A DNA stretch of 64,000 bases from Rhina ancylostomus. Its lineage: Eukaryota. Shown one piece after another: positions 1 to 13,800 of the stretch. The notes beneath the pieces are model-generated. The model saw only the letters and a program-made list of their open reading frames with translations. It did no database searches and was not told where the DNA came from. A program made the position numbers and the translations under genes. The DNA lies in contig JARFYF010000061.1 in NCBI GenBank assembly GCA_030265395.1, positions 18,754,257 to 18,818,256 of the forward strand, in the 5' to 3' direction. The first letter of the stretch is position 1; every line of letters starts with the position of its first letter.

Positions 1-890
1 TGCTGCTGACACTTGCATATCTGCACATTGGAGGCCAAGCTCCAAGTTCTTCATCAACTCGTTCAATGAAGGATATGAGAGAATAGGTCTCACATTTTAC
101 ATATGCAAAGCAAAAGTTCTTACAAACATGATCCACTGTACTATACTGCTCTCTGACAATAATGTCCCATGATGACACCCTGAAAAATGAGGACCCTTCC
201 TATTGAGGGCAGACATAGATACTAAAATTCACCATTGCCATCTGTGTATCAGGCTAGCCATTTGAGGAAAGAGACTGTTTGAAGATCAAGACCTCAAACC
301 CAGCACAAAGCTCATAGTCTACCAGGCAGCAGTGATTTCTGATCTCCTGTGTGCTCCTGAGGCTTGCACTGGAGAAATACAACCAACACTTGTCTCCACG
401 GGATCTTCCAAATCCAGTGGTAGGATAAGTAAACCAAAATCAGCATCCTCTCCTCAGTAGTGAGGCTCCAATCACACCCGGTCAGCTCTGATGGCCTTTC
501 ATGTGCCTGAAACAAGATTCCCAAAACTGAAACATTTTGAGTTGTGTCACATCAAGCATTACAGACAGAAAAAAAAATCAAGGATGTCCTCAGAACCTTG
601 ACAATATATACCCTCCCCATTGACTCATGAAAATCCCTAGGTCATGACTGCTCAGAGAGAAAAAGGAGAATTCAGGCTGGCACTGAGAACCTTGAGTCTA
701 TTCATCGGTAGCACACAGAAGCCCAGTGTAAATGGAAGGAGTATACTGGTTCCCAAATAACCCACTCACCTGCCTCATCAGCAGCTACTGCTCTACCTGT
801 GGCAGAGTCTGCAGATTCCATTTTGGCATCATGAGGCTTCTCTGAACCCATAGACCAGGAAGTCATCCTTGATCTAGAGGAAATGCCTCA
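1..890 (+). mobile_element. Degenerate RTE-clade LINE, RT C-terminal half and 3' end (runs off the window start)
   Basis: Frameshifted translation gives AADTCISAH..NSFNEGYERIGLT..KAKVL, LFEDQDLKPSTKLIVYQAAVISDLL, LEKYNQ..IFQIQW and terminal TCGRVCRFHFGI..THR. These match RTE RT motifs (YADD-region, C-terminal CxxC..H). Multiple stops and frameshifts. Confidence 0.85.
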
Positions 891-1035
891 GAACACCAGG
901 CAGACGTTTCTGAAGTGTAGGTACAGTGGCGACACCTCATCCAATTTGCATTGACCATGATTGAAAGTAAAACAAGAACAGAAATTGCAAGAAATAACAA
1001 GCAGATGAGGAAATAACAATGAAGAACAAAATAGG

Positions 1036-1071
1036 GTCAGCGTTTCAGATTGATGAAATTTCATTAGACTG
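1036..1071 (-). other. Highly degenerate hammerhead-like motif from a Penelope-like repeat
   Basis: Reverse strand reads cagtCTAATGA-aatttcatcaatct-GAAAC-GCT-gac, with the same spacing as the copies at 20088, 48999 and 57172. Core and stem II are mutated. Confidence 0.35.
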
Positions 1072-1179
1072 ATGAATCTGGTCTTCACTGAGAGTGCAAA
1101 ATGTCTGAAAATGAATCCACAACCTACTCAATGGCAAAAGAAATGCATCTGTGGATGAAGTGGTTTCCTGAATACTAAT

Positions 1180-1460
1180 TGCACTTCAACAAGACTCAAC
1201 AAATAGCTATCAGATTACTGACCAGGATAATATATTCTGCCAATGTTGGCAATTGGATTAATTGGTCAAAGAGAACAAACCACTTTCTTCAGAAAATAGC
1301 ACCAAGGGATCTTTTGCCTTTGATAACAGCTTCTCTGACAGTGCAGCTGTCCCTCAGTATTACACCAAAGTGTCAGCCTTAATTATGGTCTCAAGTCCAC
1401 AGAGATCTCTCAGTCTCTTGAATTTAAGCCATGGTAGTGAACCAAGGATGACACTGAATT
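1180..1460 (-). mobile_element. DeuSINE-like (SacSINE1/AmnSINE-related) ancient SINE fragment
   Basis: ctctgacagtgcagctgtccctcagtattacacc..gtgtcagcct is the reverse complement of the Deu-type motif seen at about 42660-42710 (ggagtgctgcactgtcagagg). Confidence 0.6.
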
Positions 1461-1599
1461 AAATGACTTTTCTTCGCAATTCTTAGGTTTTGACATCTGA
1501 GTGGCAAAGCTTCTTTTCAAACTTGCAAAATGTGACTACACAAAACATTGGCAAAGAATTCTTTAAATGATGCATTTTTGTGTACTTCTTTATGGATTT

Positions 1600-1865
1600 G
1601 CATGTCACTGCTCATCTCCAAAAGTTCTAATTACTTTGGATGTTGATTAAGAGTCAGTCACATAACTGCGTGCCTAGTGTCACATTTAGGCGAGGCTAGG
1701 TAACAATCCAGCATTTTGTCCCCAAATTACATTTCAGTAATTCCTTTCCCATCATTACCTGCACTCACAGTTTGTCTCAGTTAACAATATGTAAATTCTT
1801 CAGCCGCAGTGAGGTTATTTGAATTCATATCTCTCAAGTGCTAATTCAGTAACATAACCATTACA
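1600..1865 (-). mobile_element. Degenerate interspersed repeat (tRNA-headed SINE-like), same family as 41810-42150 and 43020-43135
   Basis: taagagtcagtcacat..gtgtcacatttagg resembles tgagagtcaaccacat..gagcctcatatggg at about 43050. Confidence 0.45.
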
Positions 1866-4800
1866 GTTCCAAATCATTTAGGTCTCTGTGTATACTTCTT
1901 TTGATTTTTCTGACCTTTTGTTCTAGCAGCATCTCTCAGTGTGAAGAGCGACCATCCGTATGATCTACATGTTTCGTTATTGATGCATCAGATCAGAGAA
2001 TGAGTAACTGCAACAGTTTATTTAAAAAGAATGCTGCTAATTCCTGGGAGTGCCTGTATTCACTCTCTATTCTAATATCCTAATACACAAAGCATTTATA
2101 TTCTCTGATTTCATTTCAGATAAACAAATCCTGAAATCATGAGTTGTCATTCCATATGAATAGAATGCACAAAACTGCCAATAATCTTAGTGCAATGTGA
2201 TATACCCAGTGGCCAATAAAATTGAAAGTAGAAATTATACACTGTAAGGAAATTTAGTGGGGAAGCATGAAATATAGTTAATGAATGATTACCTTGAGTA
2301 TAGATTATTGCAGTACCACACCTTGTTGAAGTTCAAATGGTGTTCATTAGCTGAGAGAACCTTCCTCCTTTGGCTCAAGACTCAACCTCACCCATGAAGC
2401 ATCTGAACCTATGAACACCTGCTTCAGCAATTATTTATGATAAAGCAATTAGGATCATTCAGTTAGATACCAATACAATATTTGTTCTTAATTCACTGTT
2501 GCCTGCTCTTTCTGAAACTGACTCTAAATAATTTGAAATACTTTGTATCCTACATTCAACAAATGAGTTGTCATTATATAATGCAGTCTATCAATTCTTG
2601 AAAATAATTCTTACTTTGATTATATTGGTTGTATTATTTGCTGAATGGCATGCTTTTGACTATAATTAAAATATAACTATTTGAGTGGAATGATGTCCCT
2701 TTAATTTCCTCACCATTTTATAAATAAAGTACATATTATGTTATGCCTGGAGTTCACTTTGAATTTGGTCAATTGACCAAGCATCAGATTAAATTAATTA
2801 TGTCTGATGGCTTAATGGAATTAAACCATGATATCTTAAGAACAACTGTTTTATATTATTTTCTGGAAGTGACATTGCATCAAACTGCAATAATAGCATA
2901 TACAAGTAATGTAGCAGTGGCACCAATTAAATCGCAAGTGTAGTGTCCTATGACCTTATGTCAGAAATGTACATGTCAAATATGAAAGCAACCTCTGACC
3001 TCTCAAAATGTAAAGGTCCACAAACCCCTCCAACATAAAGTGACACGCTGGAAGAAAGTGAAAACTCCATGTGCAATTTGTGTAAGTTTCAAACAAGATG
3101 TCATTTTTCAATCATCATTTAATTGGTTAAGATCCAATGATTTGTAATCCATATTGATAAATAAACCACAGTGATTTGATCCTATTTATTATGGGATGCA
3201 TAAAAACAAAGAGGTTGAACATATGCATGAAGGTATTACATTTGTGCTAATATATTTGTTTCATGAAGTATAGGAATTGCTATTATATTGTTGCCCAAGA
3301 TTATACAAACAGTAATTTATTGAATATTGTTTGTAGGTGGAAAGAATGTCAGATTTTTGGAATGCACTTTTCGATGAGTTCAAACACAGATTTCCTTTTG
3401 TCTTTTTCTGCTGAATTAAACATACCTGCTTTAAGTAATATTATGAAATGATGTAGTATAGTGATGTTCTGCACACATAATAACTTCACAGATTATAATA
3501 GGTATAATTATCATCATGAATTCTATAAAAATAAACAACACTTCACTGGGAACATTGCTTTAATAATGGTATCCCATCATTAAANNNNNNNNNNNNNNNN
3601 NNNNNNNNNNNNNNNNNNNNNNNNNNNNNNNNNNNNNNNNNNNNNNNNNNNNNNNNNNNNNNNNNNNNNNNNNNNNNNNNNNNNATCCCATCATTAAACT
3701 GAAAATTGCTAACCTTGTCTTATCTCACAGCAGGGTACAGAAATACTGCTGCTGGATAATTGAAAAATTAGTTTCTTTCTGTGGATTGATAGTGTGTGGT
3801 TTACACGTCAGCTGTCTTCTTTCTACCATTTAGGAATGTTATAGAGTGTTAAAAAAGAAATACTTATTCAAAAAAAAGTTTTGGATGCCTTGGAACTAAA
3901 TTGATAGGTGTCCTTTAAAAACATATTTGTTTATCAGTTTAATTGAAAGCAAAAGGATTGACTGTACAGCACAATACCCAGCCACATTTAAATATTAACC
4001 TCAGACCCCCATCAGCAGCTCTTATCATATCTCTCTTGCACACGGACATAATGTGCTGTGAGTCATCGAGTCCTGGCATGAAGACAGTATTATATCTAAA
4101 CTCAGCAAAGGCATGTATTCAGCAGTCAAGACAGGTAGTCTATGTCACAGGAGAAAACACTGACCCTGACTGGATTTGCATGAGAGGAGCTAATTGAGAA
4201 TATGGTGTAATCTGTGCAGTTTTTTTGTCCAGAAGCTGAGGTTGAAGTTTATTTCCACTTTTCCCTCATGGATAATCATGACCTTTACATTTTCAGTATG
4301 TGGAGGTTTCTGATACTGGCAGATTTTCTATTAAGCAGCAGGTCGAAATTTAACTTTGCCCTATATAAAGCAATGTTGGTTGTATAATCACAAAGTTGCG
4401 GAAATGATGTTCCCTTTCACAAAATCTTTCTCAAGGCTGCCAAAACTTCACACTGCACATATTTTGCTCATATGGTGCTAAATATTCTGCAATGCCAATC
4501 TCCTCCTCAGTGTGTCTGTGCAGCAGCCGTTCATATCCATTCAATGGGAAGAACAAGGGACACAGAGCTGCATTTGCTTCCATGGCTCTATGAACAATAC
4601 TCCACTATTAATTAGCTTAATATTACAAAGAAGATCACCCTCAAAAGTTGGGTACAGGACAACCCGGAGTCCTTTTGTCAGCGCTTTAGGCAGATAAGTT
4701 TTTGTTGAGTGAAGGCCTTGTCATGCCTCCTGGTTAACTCACCACACACAAGGAGAGCAGATTGGAGTGTTGGCCTTTGTTGGAACCCAAACTGGACACA

Positions 4801-7800
4801 ATAAGAGGAGCGAGGTAATGAACCTCCTTCAGACCCCCAGTGCTTCTCACAGTTTTCAGAGTCAACCCAGGCGAGAAAAACACCAGACAAAAGGACCAGA
4901 CTACTTTAATACCTTATGTTCAATGTTTTAACAATATATATTAATAATTTTAGGACATATTCCCCCTGCCACACCCCACTTCAAAGACATAAATAAACCG
5001 ATGCTGGATAAGCATGATTCACACATTGCTTCTCCGCACATATTTGCTATTTTCAGCACCATTGCACCAAATTGGAAATAGCCGCAAGTAGGCAGCACAT
5101 TAATATTTAAATGAGGTGGTAATGATCGGGCCACCATTTGTGTCACTCCTACCAGCACCAGGGAAATTGGAATTACTGTGTGAGAGTCTGGGTCTGTAAT
5201 TTGCCTTTAACAAATAAAAATAAATAAAATATATCTCCCCAGATGGCCACTTCACCATCAGGGGTTAACGCCCTGTGGTTTTCCTTTCCCGCATAATTCT
5301 CCATCCCTGCATTGTAACAAAGTGGCACAGAGATGAAGGGTATTGGTCCACAAGCCTTTTGAATAGGTCCTAATTAGTTGCTTCTGCATTGTCACTCCTT
5401 CAGCTTCAAACCCATGGAGGCACACAACTCAAACAATTGATAACATGAGGCAAACATCATTTGGCCAAAAAAAATAATGTGAAGAGCCTGGCATTAATAA
5501 AAAAAGAAACCTTTCATTTTCATTCAAAACTGAAGACTGCTAACATGGAAGTACAATGAATTTGAACATTTCTTCCCTAAGGTGAGCAGCTTGTATAAAT
5601 GGACTAAAAAAAATTGTGGAAGAGCAAGAGGCTGAAAATAATATTTGATGTATTTTCAAATGGCATTCATTGACAGGTATCAATGGCAGTGAGGAACTGT
5701 AATTTGAGATGAGTTTGTAGAATAACTCCGATTTAGAAAGATCTGTTTCAATTGATGCAAACTTCGTGAAAGCAAAATAAACCAAATTACATAACTGCTT
5801 ATGAAAATAGTTTATCAGTCTGTTTTAAAAAAATTTCCATTTTACTTTTGACCTTGGTGGGAACAACTATTTGCAAAGAAGGGCAGGATAAAATGTGGTA
5901 GCTCACTTGTGGATCTTCGGTTTATGTACACAAGAGAGACTGATTTAAAAATATACATATGTCAATAANNNNNNNNNNNNNNNNNNNNNNNNNNNNNNNN
6001 NNNNNNNNNNNNNNNNNNNNNNNNNNNNNNNNNNNNNNNNNNNNNNNNNNNNNNNNNNNNNNNNNNNNNNNNNNNNNNNNNNNNNNNNNNNNNNNNNNNN
6101 NNNNNNNNNNNNNNNNCAGGTGGATATGCATTAAAAAGAAACATGAGAGAACACTACTGATTCATAGGGGCTTTTGTGGGAAAAAATGCCAGTTATGTGC
6201 ACGTTGATAGATAATATTAATTTCCACACTTGGTAAGGGACGAGTGTTCTAATTTAGTGAAAAAATTGTGCATAAGGTATTTCTTATGGAAACATTAATG
6301 GGTATTTATATTGCCTGAATTGTGATTAAGATTCAAATAATGATCACAATGTTTACTTTTCGCTCTTTTAAAGATTATATGTTATTAACATATTCACTTT
6401 GAAAGTATGAAATTCTAATATGTTAATGAACATAGTGAGGTAGGTGGACTGAGTAACTAAGTTAATAATTCTCAGGAAAACTGTGAGTTAAAGCCTTCCC
6501 AATTATTTTGAATATAATATTCCCACAACATTCACTTACTTTTCCTTTGTGCTCTGCAGATAAAGTTATAACTCACGAAACTGAGCTGAAACACCCAGGA
6601 AATTTTAATGTGATAATTAGAGGTCAGAACAAACAGCAAAATAGCAGTCAATGTAATATATGGAATATTAAAAAATTCCCACAACCAGATCTGTCTACAT
6701 TACGCTAATTATTGATAAAACAGCAACTGTAATTAAAAAGGCCATTGTATAATAACTTTTGGGAAATGGGTGAAATTGCATTCTGAGTTCTATTAGAGCT
6801 CAAGGTCTAATTATTTTCCTTGGCCTCAAACAAAATCAATAACATGGAAAGCAGTTTAATNNNNNNNNNNNNNNNNNNNNNNNNNNNNNNNNNNNNNNNN
6901 NNNNNNNNNNNNNNNNNNNNNNNNNNNNNNNNNNNNNNNNNNNNNNNNNNNNNNNNNNNNTTAATAAAGGCATATATTCTCTTAAGGTAATTGTTTTTTT
7001 TTCCTTTGCTTTTCATTTTGGCTTAATTTTTCAGAAGGTGAAAAGGGGGCAATGGAGATGCTTGATACAGCTCCTCCTGCTCTAGGGAGCCACTGGCAAG
7101 AGACAAAATGAGGAGGTGACAGCAAAACTGGGGAAAGTTCAACAAAACGAGGACTGTGGATTAGTGGAGGCCTCCGCTGGTGGCTGTTACGATCTCACAG
7201 GTCATTCCATTTCAATGCCATCTGGTGCTCTTCACAAATAGGAAATGGAATTCTCAAATGACATGAAAATACGGAATTATCTAACAATGTATGCATGCAT
7301 TATGCAAAACATTTGTCTCTGAAATATATTCAGCCTGCTTGGTATTCTCACCTTTAGATACCACAGAGTTTTAGTTTGTGAGAGACCAGTTCTTTTCCTT
7401 ACCCTTTGAGGACCAAGGTTTATTCCAACACTAAATGAAAGGTCCATTAAAGTGGTGAGTTTGGAGTCGATGTGGAAATAGTTTTAGTCTTCTTTCTTCT
7501 CACTGTTCTTTCTCGATGAATGTGACAGAGTGATAAAACCTGTTTGTGTGTCAGCTTGAAACTTTAATTGACACTAGCCCCTAAACAGCTCACCCTGACA
7601 AAAGCCAAAGCTGCTGACAATTTATGAATTTCTTCAAATCTATCATGCTAACAAAAAAGTAAAACTTGTTCGGACGAGATAAATTACCAGTAAATTTCAC
7701 ATCAGCAGTCAACTGTCCAGACAGTTAATAAATCATAAGGCCTTCTTTAAACACTTACATTGAAACCCTCTCTTCTTCTGCATGTCATGTATGTACAGGG

Positions 7801-10800
7801 ATAAGCAAATCTTTTCAAACTGTCTCTTCTTGTCATGGCATTTGTACAACTTTTAAACAAAGTGTACTAATTTACTAATATCTTTTAGTGAATTATAAAT
7901 GTAAGAAGTGACAAATTGATACTTTTCAAATCAAGTCATCTAGAAAAAAGGTAACATTGCACTCATACCTTACAAGACAACAAAAAGCAAATGTTCTTAT
8001 AGACTGCTGCTTTTACATTTAAAAACATCTGCATTTTAAAATTATAATTTAAATCCTGTAACATTAAAGATGTTTGAATTTTAATAATGTATATATTTGC
8101 AGTTTTGACATATTGTTTGCATGTTCCTGTCATTACAGGTGCAATAGCTACTTAGATAGACATCCTGAATATTAATTAATTGAGATGTGGCAAAGAATGC
8201 AGAAACCTTAAAGTATATTATGAAAACATTAAACAAATTCAGCATGCAGGTTTAATGATAAAGAGGAAAATATTGTTCTATTTCGGCAATGGTCCTTCGA
8301 ATGCTCTTAATAAAAGCTAATCTTGTCATTTTAAGTAAGATTTTGTCATCTTTTATGTCTTGGAGTACTGCATAGTAACTTCTAATGTTTTAAAACAATA
8401 TATTTTGCATTCTCAAAATTACAAAGAATTTATCTGAAATATTAGCAATTTTGCAGTCTACAATTACATTCAGTTTTGTTTCTAACACGAGCATTAAAAG
8501 CAAAGGAAGAGGTTCATTTCTGTGGTCTCCCTGTTGACACACAGCATGATCCTTTCTGGTCAGAATCCAAACCCCGGTTTAAGTATTTGAAGCATGCCTG
8601 AATTTTTCAGTTGTACTCTATTCAGTCACAAGGAGCACAGAAGCTCTGCCAGCTCTTGGCAACTGTGCCAAGATGAACGCAGCCACTAAAAAGCGTGGTT
8701 GGCATATTTAAACACAGGACTCACATTCCACCAGCATTCCCTCAGNNNNNNNNNNNNNNNNNNNNNNNNNNNNNNNNNNNNNNNNNNNNNNNNNNNNNNN
8801 NNNNNNNNNNNNNNNNNNNNNNNNNNNNNNNNNNNNNNNNNNNNNCAGCCTAAGCCTTTTGGTAATAAAATAAGGCACTAGCTCTCTCATGCCAGGAGTA
8901 AGAGAAAAAAAGCTGGCAATCTCTCTGAAACAATGAAATCCAGAATCTAGCGACGGCAACCTTACCGCTGACAAATAGAATGCTAATTAGAATTCAGCTA
9001 TTTTTTCTCTATGACAGATGAGGGATGCCCCCTATTGACTCTACCAAGCAAGCTGAAGGAAAGGGTCTCAGCTAACATACGCTGCAGATTGCAAATTGCA
9101 GCAAAACCCGTGCCAAGTCTTCACTCTCACCAGAACCTGGCACCGAATTTTAAATTGCAAGAGAAAAAAATGTACACTATAAGGAAATATATTTTCCACC
9201 ATTCAATTATTCCATCATGGACCTATATGACATAAAAACATTACATCTTCATCTATTCTTCGAAAAAACAAAGTGAAACGAGTTATTTTAACAGTATTCT
9301 CTCTAACCCCACTCTGCATAATATTATCTAATCCAATGTAAATCCTGAGCAGTAACAATAAAGACAAAACTAAGGTATCGAACAATCAGTTCTCTTCCTT
9401 ATTCCATGGTACCATATGATATATTCAGGTCATAGCATGGAATAAAAGGTGAGAAAATAAAGAGTTAATTATTTCAATCACCAAAATTAGAATTAAATAA
9501 CTTATAGCATACAGTACTATCATATTTGAAAAATAAGTGCTCCAAATGTAATGTTCTTGTGATTGCTGCAGTTAACTGCCATTGCCAATGTTAGTGCTAT
9601 CCATAATATTACACAATACTTTTTTTTGGAAGGTCATTGGCTGGGTGAGGGGGGGTGGGTGGGAGGGGAGGGTCACTGCTCTTGCACATCCTTAGATCTA
9701 CAAAGCAAACATACAGCCCACGGCAAGTTCCATCAATATCTGTGCTGTATTTAAAAAAATAATAACAAGATATGTTTATGACTTCAGCAATATTTGAGGT
9801 GATAATAGTTCTTGATTCCCCAATTTGTTTTGATTGAATCTGTGCCTAAAACCACTTAACTTAGCACCTGAACTGAACCACAGGTAGAAATTAATGGGCA
9901 AGTGAAAGGCAGGCTTGGCTTCTTTTCCAGGCTATCAACCATAGGTTCCTCCATTTCTAAAGAGCCCTTAGGCTTTAGTTAAGGCTGAGCCATGCAAAGC
10001 ACTACCAAGCTCAATCAGAACTGAGATATGTGTAGGTGGCTGATTTCAGGTCTGCAGCGAACTAATTCTTAGAGAGTATGCTTTGTGCTATTTTACTTCT
10101 GATTAATGAAAGCAAATTGGCACTTATAGCTCCAGACCCAGGCAAGCACAGGACTTAAAATTTTCTGGCTTTTGGAAGGCCGCCTGCATGCAGCCTTAAT
10201 GCTATGGGGCAAACATGTGTGCATTGGTCCATAATATCACATTATACATTTTTCTTGCATGATTACTGGGAGGGATCCTGGCCTGTGGATACCATAAGAC
10301 AATAATGCAGCACACAGCAGGCCCTGTTAATGTCTGTGCTCTATTTGACCTAATAAATAGAATGGAATTGCTAGATTGTAAGAAAAAAATTATTTACAAT
10401 GCAAAAGCTTTTTCCCTTAATACATTTATTACACCCGTGAACCCCCCCAACTTGCCCAGTAAATCAAATAATCACACTTCTTCTCCAAATGGTATTAATA
10501 GAATTCAGACAGCTTGCAATCTCATTTCCTACATTGCAAGAAATATTTATTTCCCTCATGGACAAAAGTCACAGATTGCAGATGCAGCTGTATAGGTGCA
10601 AATTGCAATATGTGTATGGATATTTACTGAAGGAAATATAAGCAATATACTTTCATTGAGGGAAGCACCAGCTAATCTTGCAGTAGCGTTGATGTGTGGA
10701 TACCTTATCTTTCCAGTGTCTGCTTACTCCATAAAGCCCCTTCTTTCTGCCTAAGTAATGAGAATAATACACAGAAAAATACAAATATTTCCAAAGAAAC

Positions 10801-13800
10801 TGTCTGGATTACTTCTGTGAGCCTCAGCCTTTATTAAGCAACCTGAGTTTCATTAAACTTCCAAAATCCGAGGGCAAGAGAAAGTGCAGTAGCACAATTT
10901 CTGCTTTCATGAGGATTCTGAGCTGAGCCTTCGAAATGAAAAGCTTCGACATACGGTGACGGACCCAGGGCGGCTGAATGACAGATCTATTTCTCCTGCT
11001 CTCAGATAAGAGTTGGAGGGGCAGTGACACTCTTTTTCCCAAAAACATTGTCACTATCTGACTAGTTCAAGAGCTTTTCATTAGTATCCCCCACCGTCTG
11101 AAAAAAAATCCTGCGTTATATTTTTTTCTGTATGAGAAGAACAAAATGTGAAGACTTTGTGTTTTTCACTCCATAGCTGATAGACATGTCTTACAACGAG
11201 AATGAGGCTTTTCCTTTTGTTTATCATGAGAATAAGATGAAAAGGCCCATTGCTATGTCTGAGTGCATAACCACATGGAACATATCTTTCAAAATAATAG
11301 TCATGCGTTTTATATACTTTGAACAAGAAAGGTTCAATCTCTTGCTGTGAGCTATCTTGGCTAATTGTCATATGCAAATGAGAGCAATTACAAAGCTTTT
11401 AGGTGAGGATGACAGCTGAGGTTGTCAGTTGAGTAGGCCTCACCTACCTTGTTGCCATAACAACACAAGAGGATGGAATCAACAGACAAATGGGAAAAGA
11501 AAAACAAAGTGTTTTTTTGGTTAACTTCAGAGAAATAAAATTAAATTGTAATCAGTAATGAGTGTTATAGAAAGTAATGTCTATTCAGTAGGGTAACAGT
11601 GGTCAAAGAAACATTGCTGGTTGAAATTCTTTTATTTGTTATTACACATGGAAACACCACAGCAGTAAAGCAAAATGCTGCATATGTTCTAAATATAAAT
11701 TTTAGCCACAAATGGATATTTTCTATGGCAATTTATTTCACAATTACTCTTGTGGAAGCTTTCATGAATTATATATGAGTTTCGTCTCTGAATTAGGTGT
11801 TATAAAGCTAAATTACAAGAGGCAGCCAGTAATTGAGGTGCCAGTGACACAGACCTACTGAACTAATCTTCAGCAGTGTCATGTGACCATCTCATAACCA
11901 ATAGCAAATCCCTGCTGTCAAAAACAGGGCAACTGAGAAAATTGATTTCTCATATGAGCAATATTTGATAGCTTTTGAAATCAAAAATTGAAATTAACTA
12001 ACCTAAGCCCCTTCAGTACAAAGAGCAAATTAAAACTGCAACAGCAAGCCTATTGATAGTGTGAAATACTGCCAAGGTGAATTTGTAAATGTATTTTCAG
12101 CTGCTTCTTCCTTTTCTTGCTTACTGTGAAGTAACTACACACACAGATTATTTACCCCAAGTGCCGGCTGCACATTGTTACTAGGGTGGAGTACTTGCTG
12201 ACTACAAGCTATGCAAATAGAATTTTCTTTCTTCGCTCACTTGGGGTTTCAAGTAAAACAGCAAATTTTATAGTGCATTAAAATAAATTATGGTTCAGCA
12301 AAAATAAATCTTGTTCCACAAATTTTCAAAAATTAAATCCACCGCTTGTTCTAAAAATGACTAATTGGTAGTATTGCAAAACTCAGAAGCAGAAGGAACT
12401 GCAGCACCTTGAATGCCTAAGTTGAATATTTGAATGTTGTGTCTTGTTAGAAATGCCTTTTGACAACAGTGTGTTTTGAATCATTTACCTTTCGCCAACC
12501 AGATACTTTAAACTGCACTTTCTTTCATAAATACTAGATAGCTGAAAATTGCAAACTCAGAATTAAAGATAGATGGAATATTCTTTTATAAACACAATTC
12601 TGGAATTTATTTATGTTTTGAATGATAGAAAACAAATTCAATCTCTAAAGTTAGTTTGTACAATTGTAATGTTTGAAAATGTTTACTGCATTTGTATAGA
12701 ATTTGGCTTCTTGCTATTTTATGGAAGTGGTAAACTATTAAAATAAGAAATAAATGACATACTCTCTTAACAATTGGAGGCAGAAGACTTCTGTGAAGAT
12801 ACATTAGGAATTCATAGATTAAAATGGTGTAATATTATTTTAGAATGATCATTTTGTAATGCCTATATCTAAATAAAAGTACAATAAATGCCAACTTTTT
12901 TTTGAGTATTGACTTCAGTGATTTCATATAAAAGTAAAACTCATTCTTCTGAATATAATATTTGGCATGGATTTGCCTAATCCAGTAATTGTGGCTTATT
13001 CCTAATATCTATTTTAATATTATTTAAAAGTATACAGCTCTGCATTTGGTTTATCCAGTGAGTAGCTGTATTACACATTCAACAAGGTCTCAGGGTCAAT
13101 GGCTGGTGTGGTCTGAATTCGCTGAGTTAGAATGTAGCAGCAGCAGGTGGATCCCATTTGACTCCAGTGCCTCTGGATTGCAGAAGGTACAAATTGGCCA
13201 AGCTTTCTGCAACTGACTGCCACCTTGCAACCTTTCTCGAGATTGATGTGTGAAGCAAATGATACTTCATCTGAGAGACAATATAATGCTGGAACTTTAT
13301 TTTTTCAACACGTGCTAGGCAAAATAAGTCTCAGCTAATTAGCAACATGCAGCTTCTAAAATGAGGAAACTAGTGTCCTCGGCTGTGATGCCCTCTTGGC
13401 AAAATCGCCTGCCAATCAATGTCAGGGCTCACACATGAAGAGTTGCCACTTGGAACGCATGCAAGGCTGCTGAAGCTGTGCCCCAACTGGGAGGCAATGA
13501 GGAAGAGAGTAAATTGGCGAAGAAACAAAAGTGGGCACTTAATCTTTAATTAAGTGGGATTTAGGCAACCAAAACAGACTGTAAAACCTGTATTCAGCTG
13601 TTCTTCATTGCATTGTTACAATTTGCTCCTTTACCAGCATCCTGAATTGGTTTCCTTTCGACAAGTCAAAAACCTGTGGTGAGTTGGAGAGAGGTACTAT
13701 AAGGGATTTAAGCTGAATGATTTAACTCAGAGGATGACACAACTATGTAAGGTCAAGGTATTCGTATTCATGTGAAAGAGCCCCAATGTAGCATCCAAGC

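Noticed and set aside
3570-3698. Direct repeat atcccatcattaaa on both sides of a gap (similar cases at 43540-43727 and 30130-30303)
   Set aside because: Typical unresolved contig overlap around 100-N placeholder gaps, not biology.
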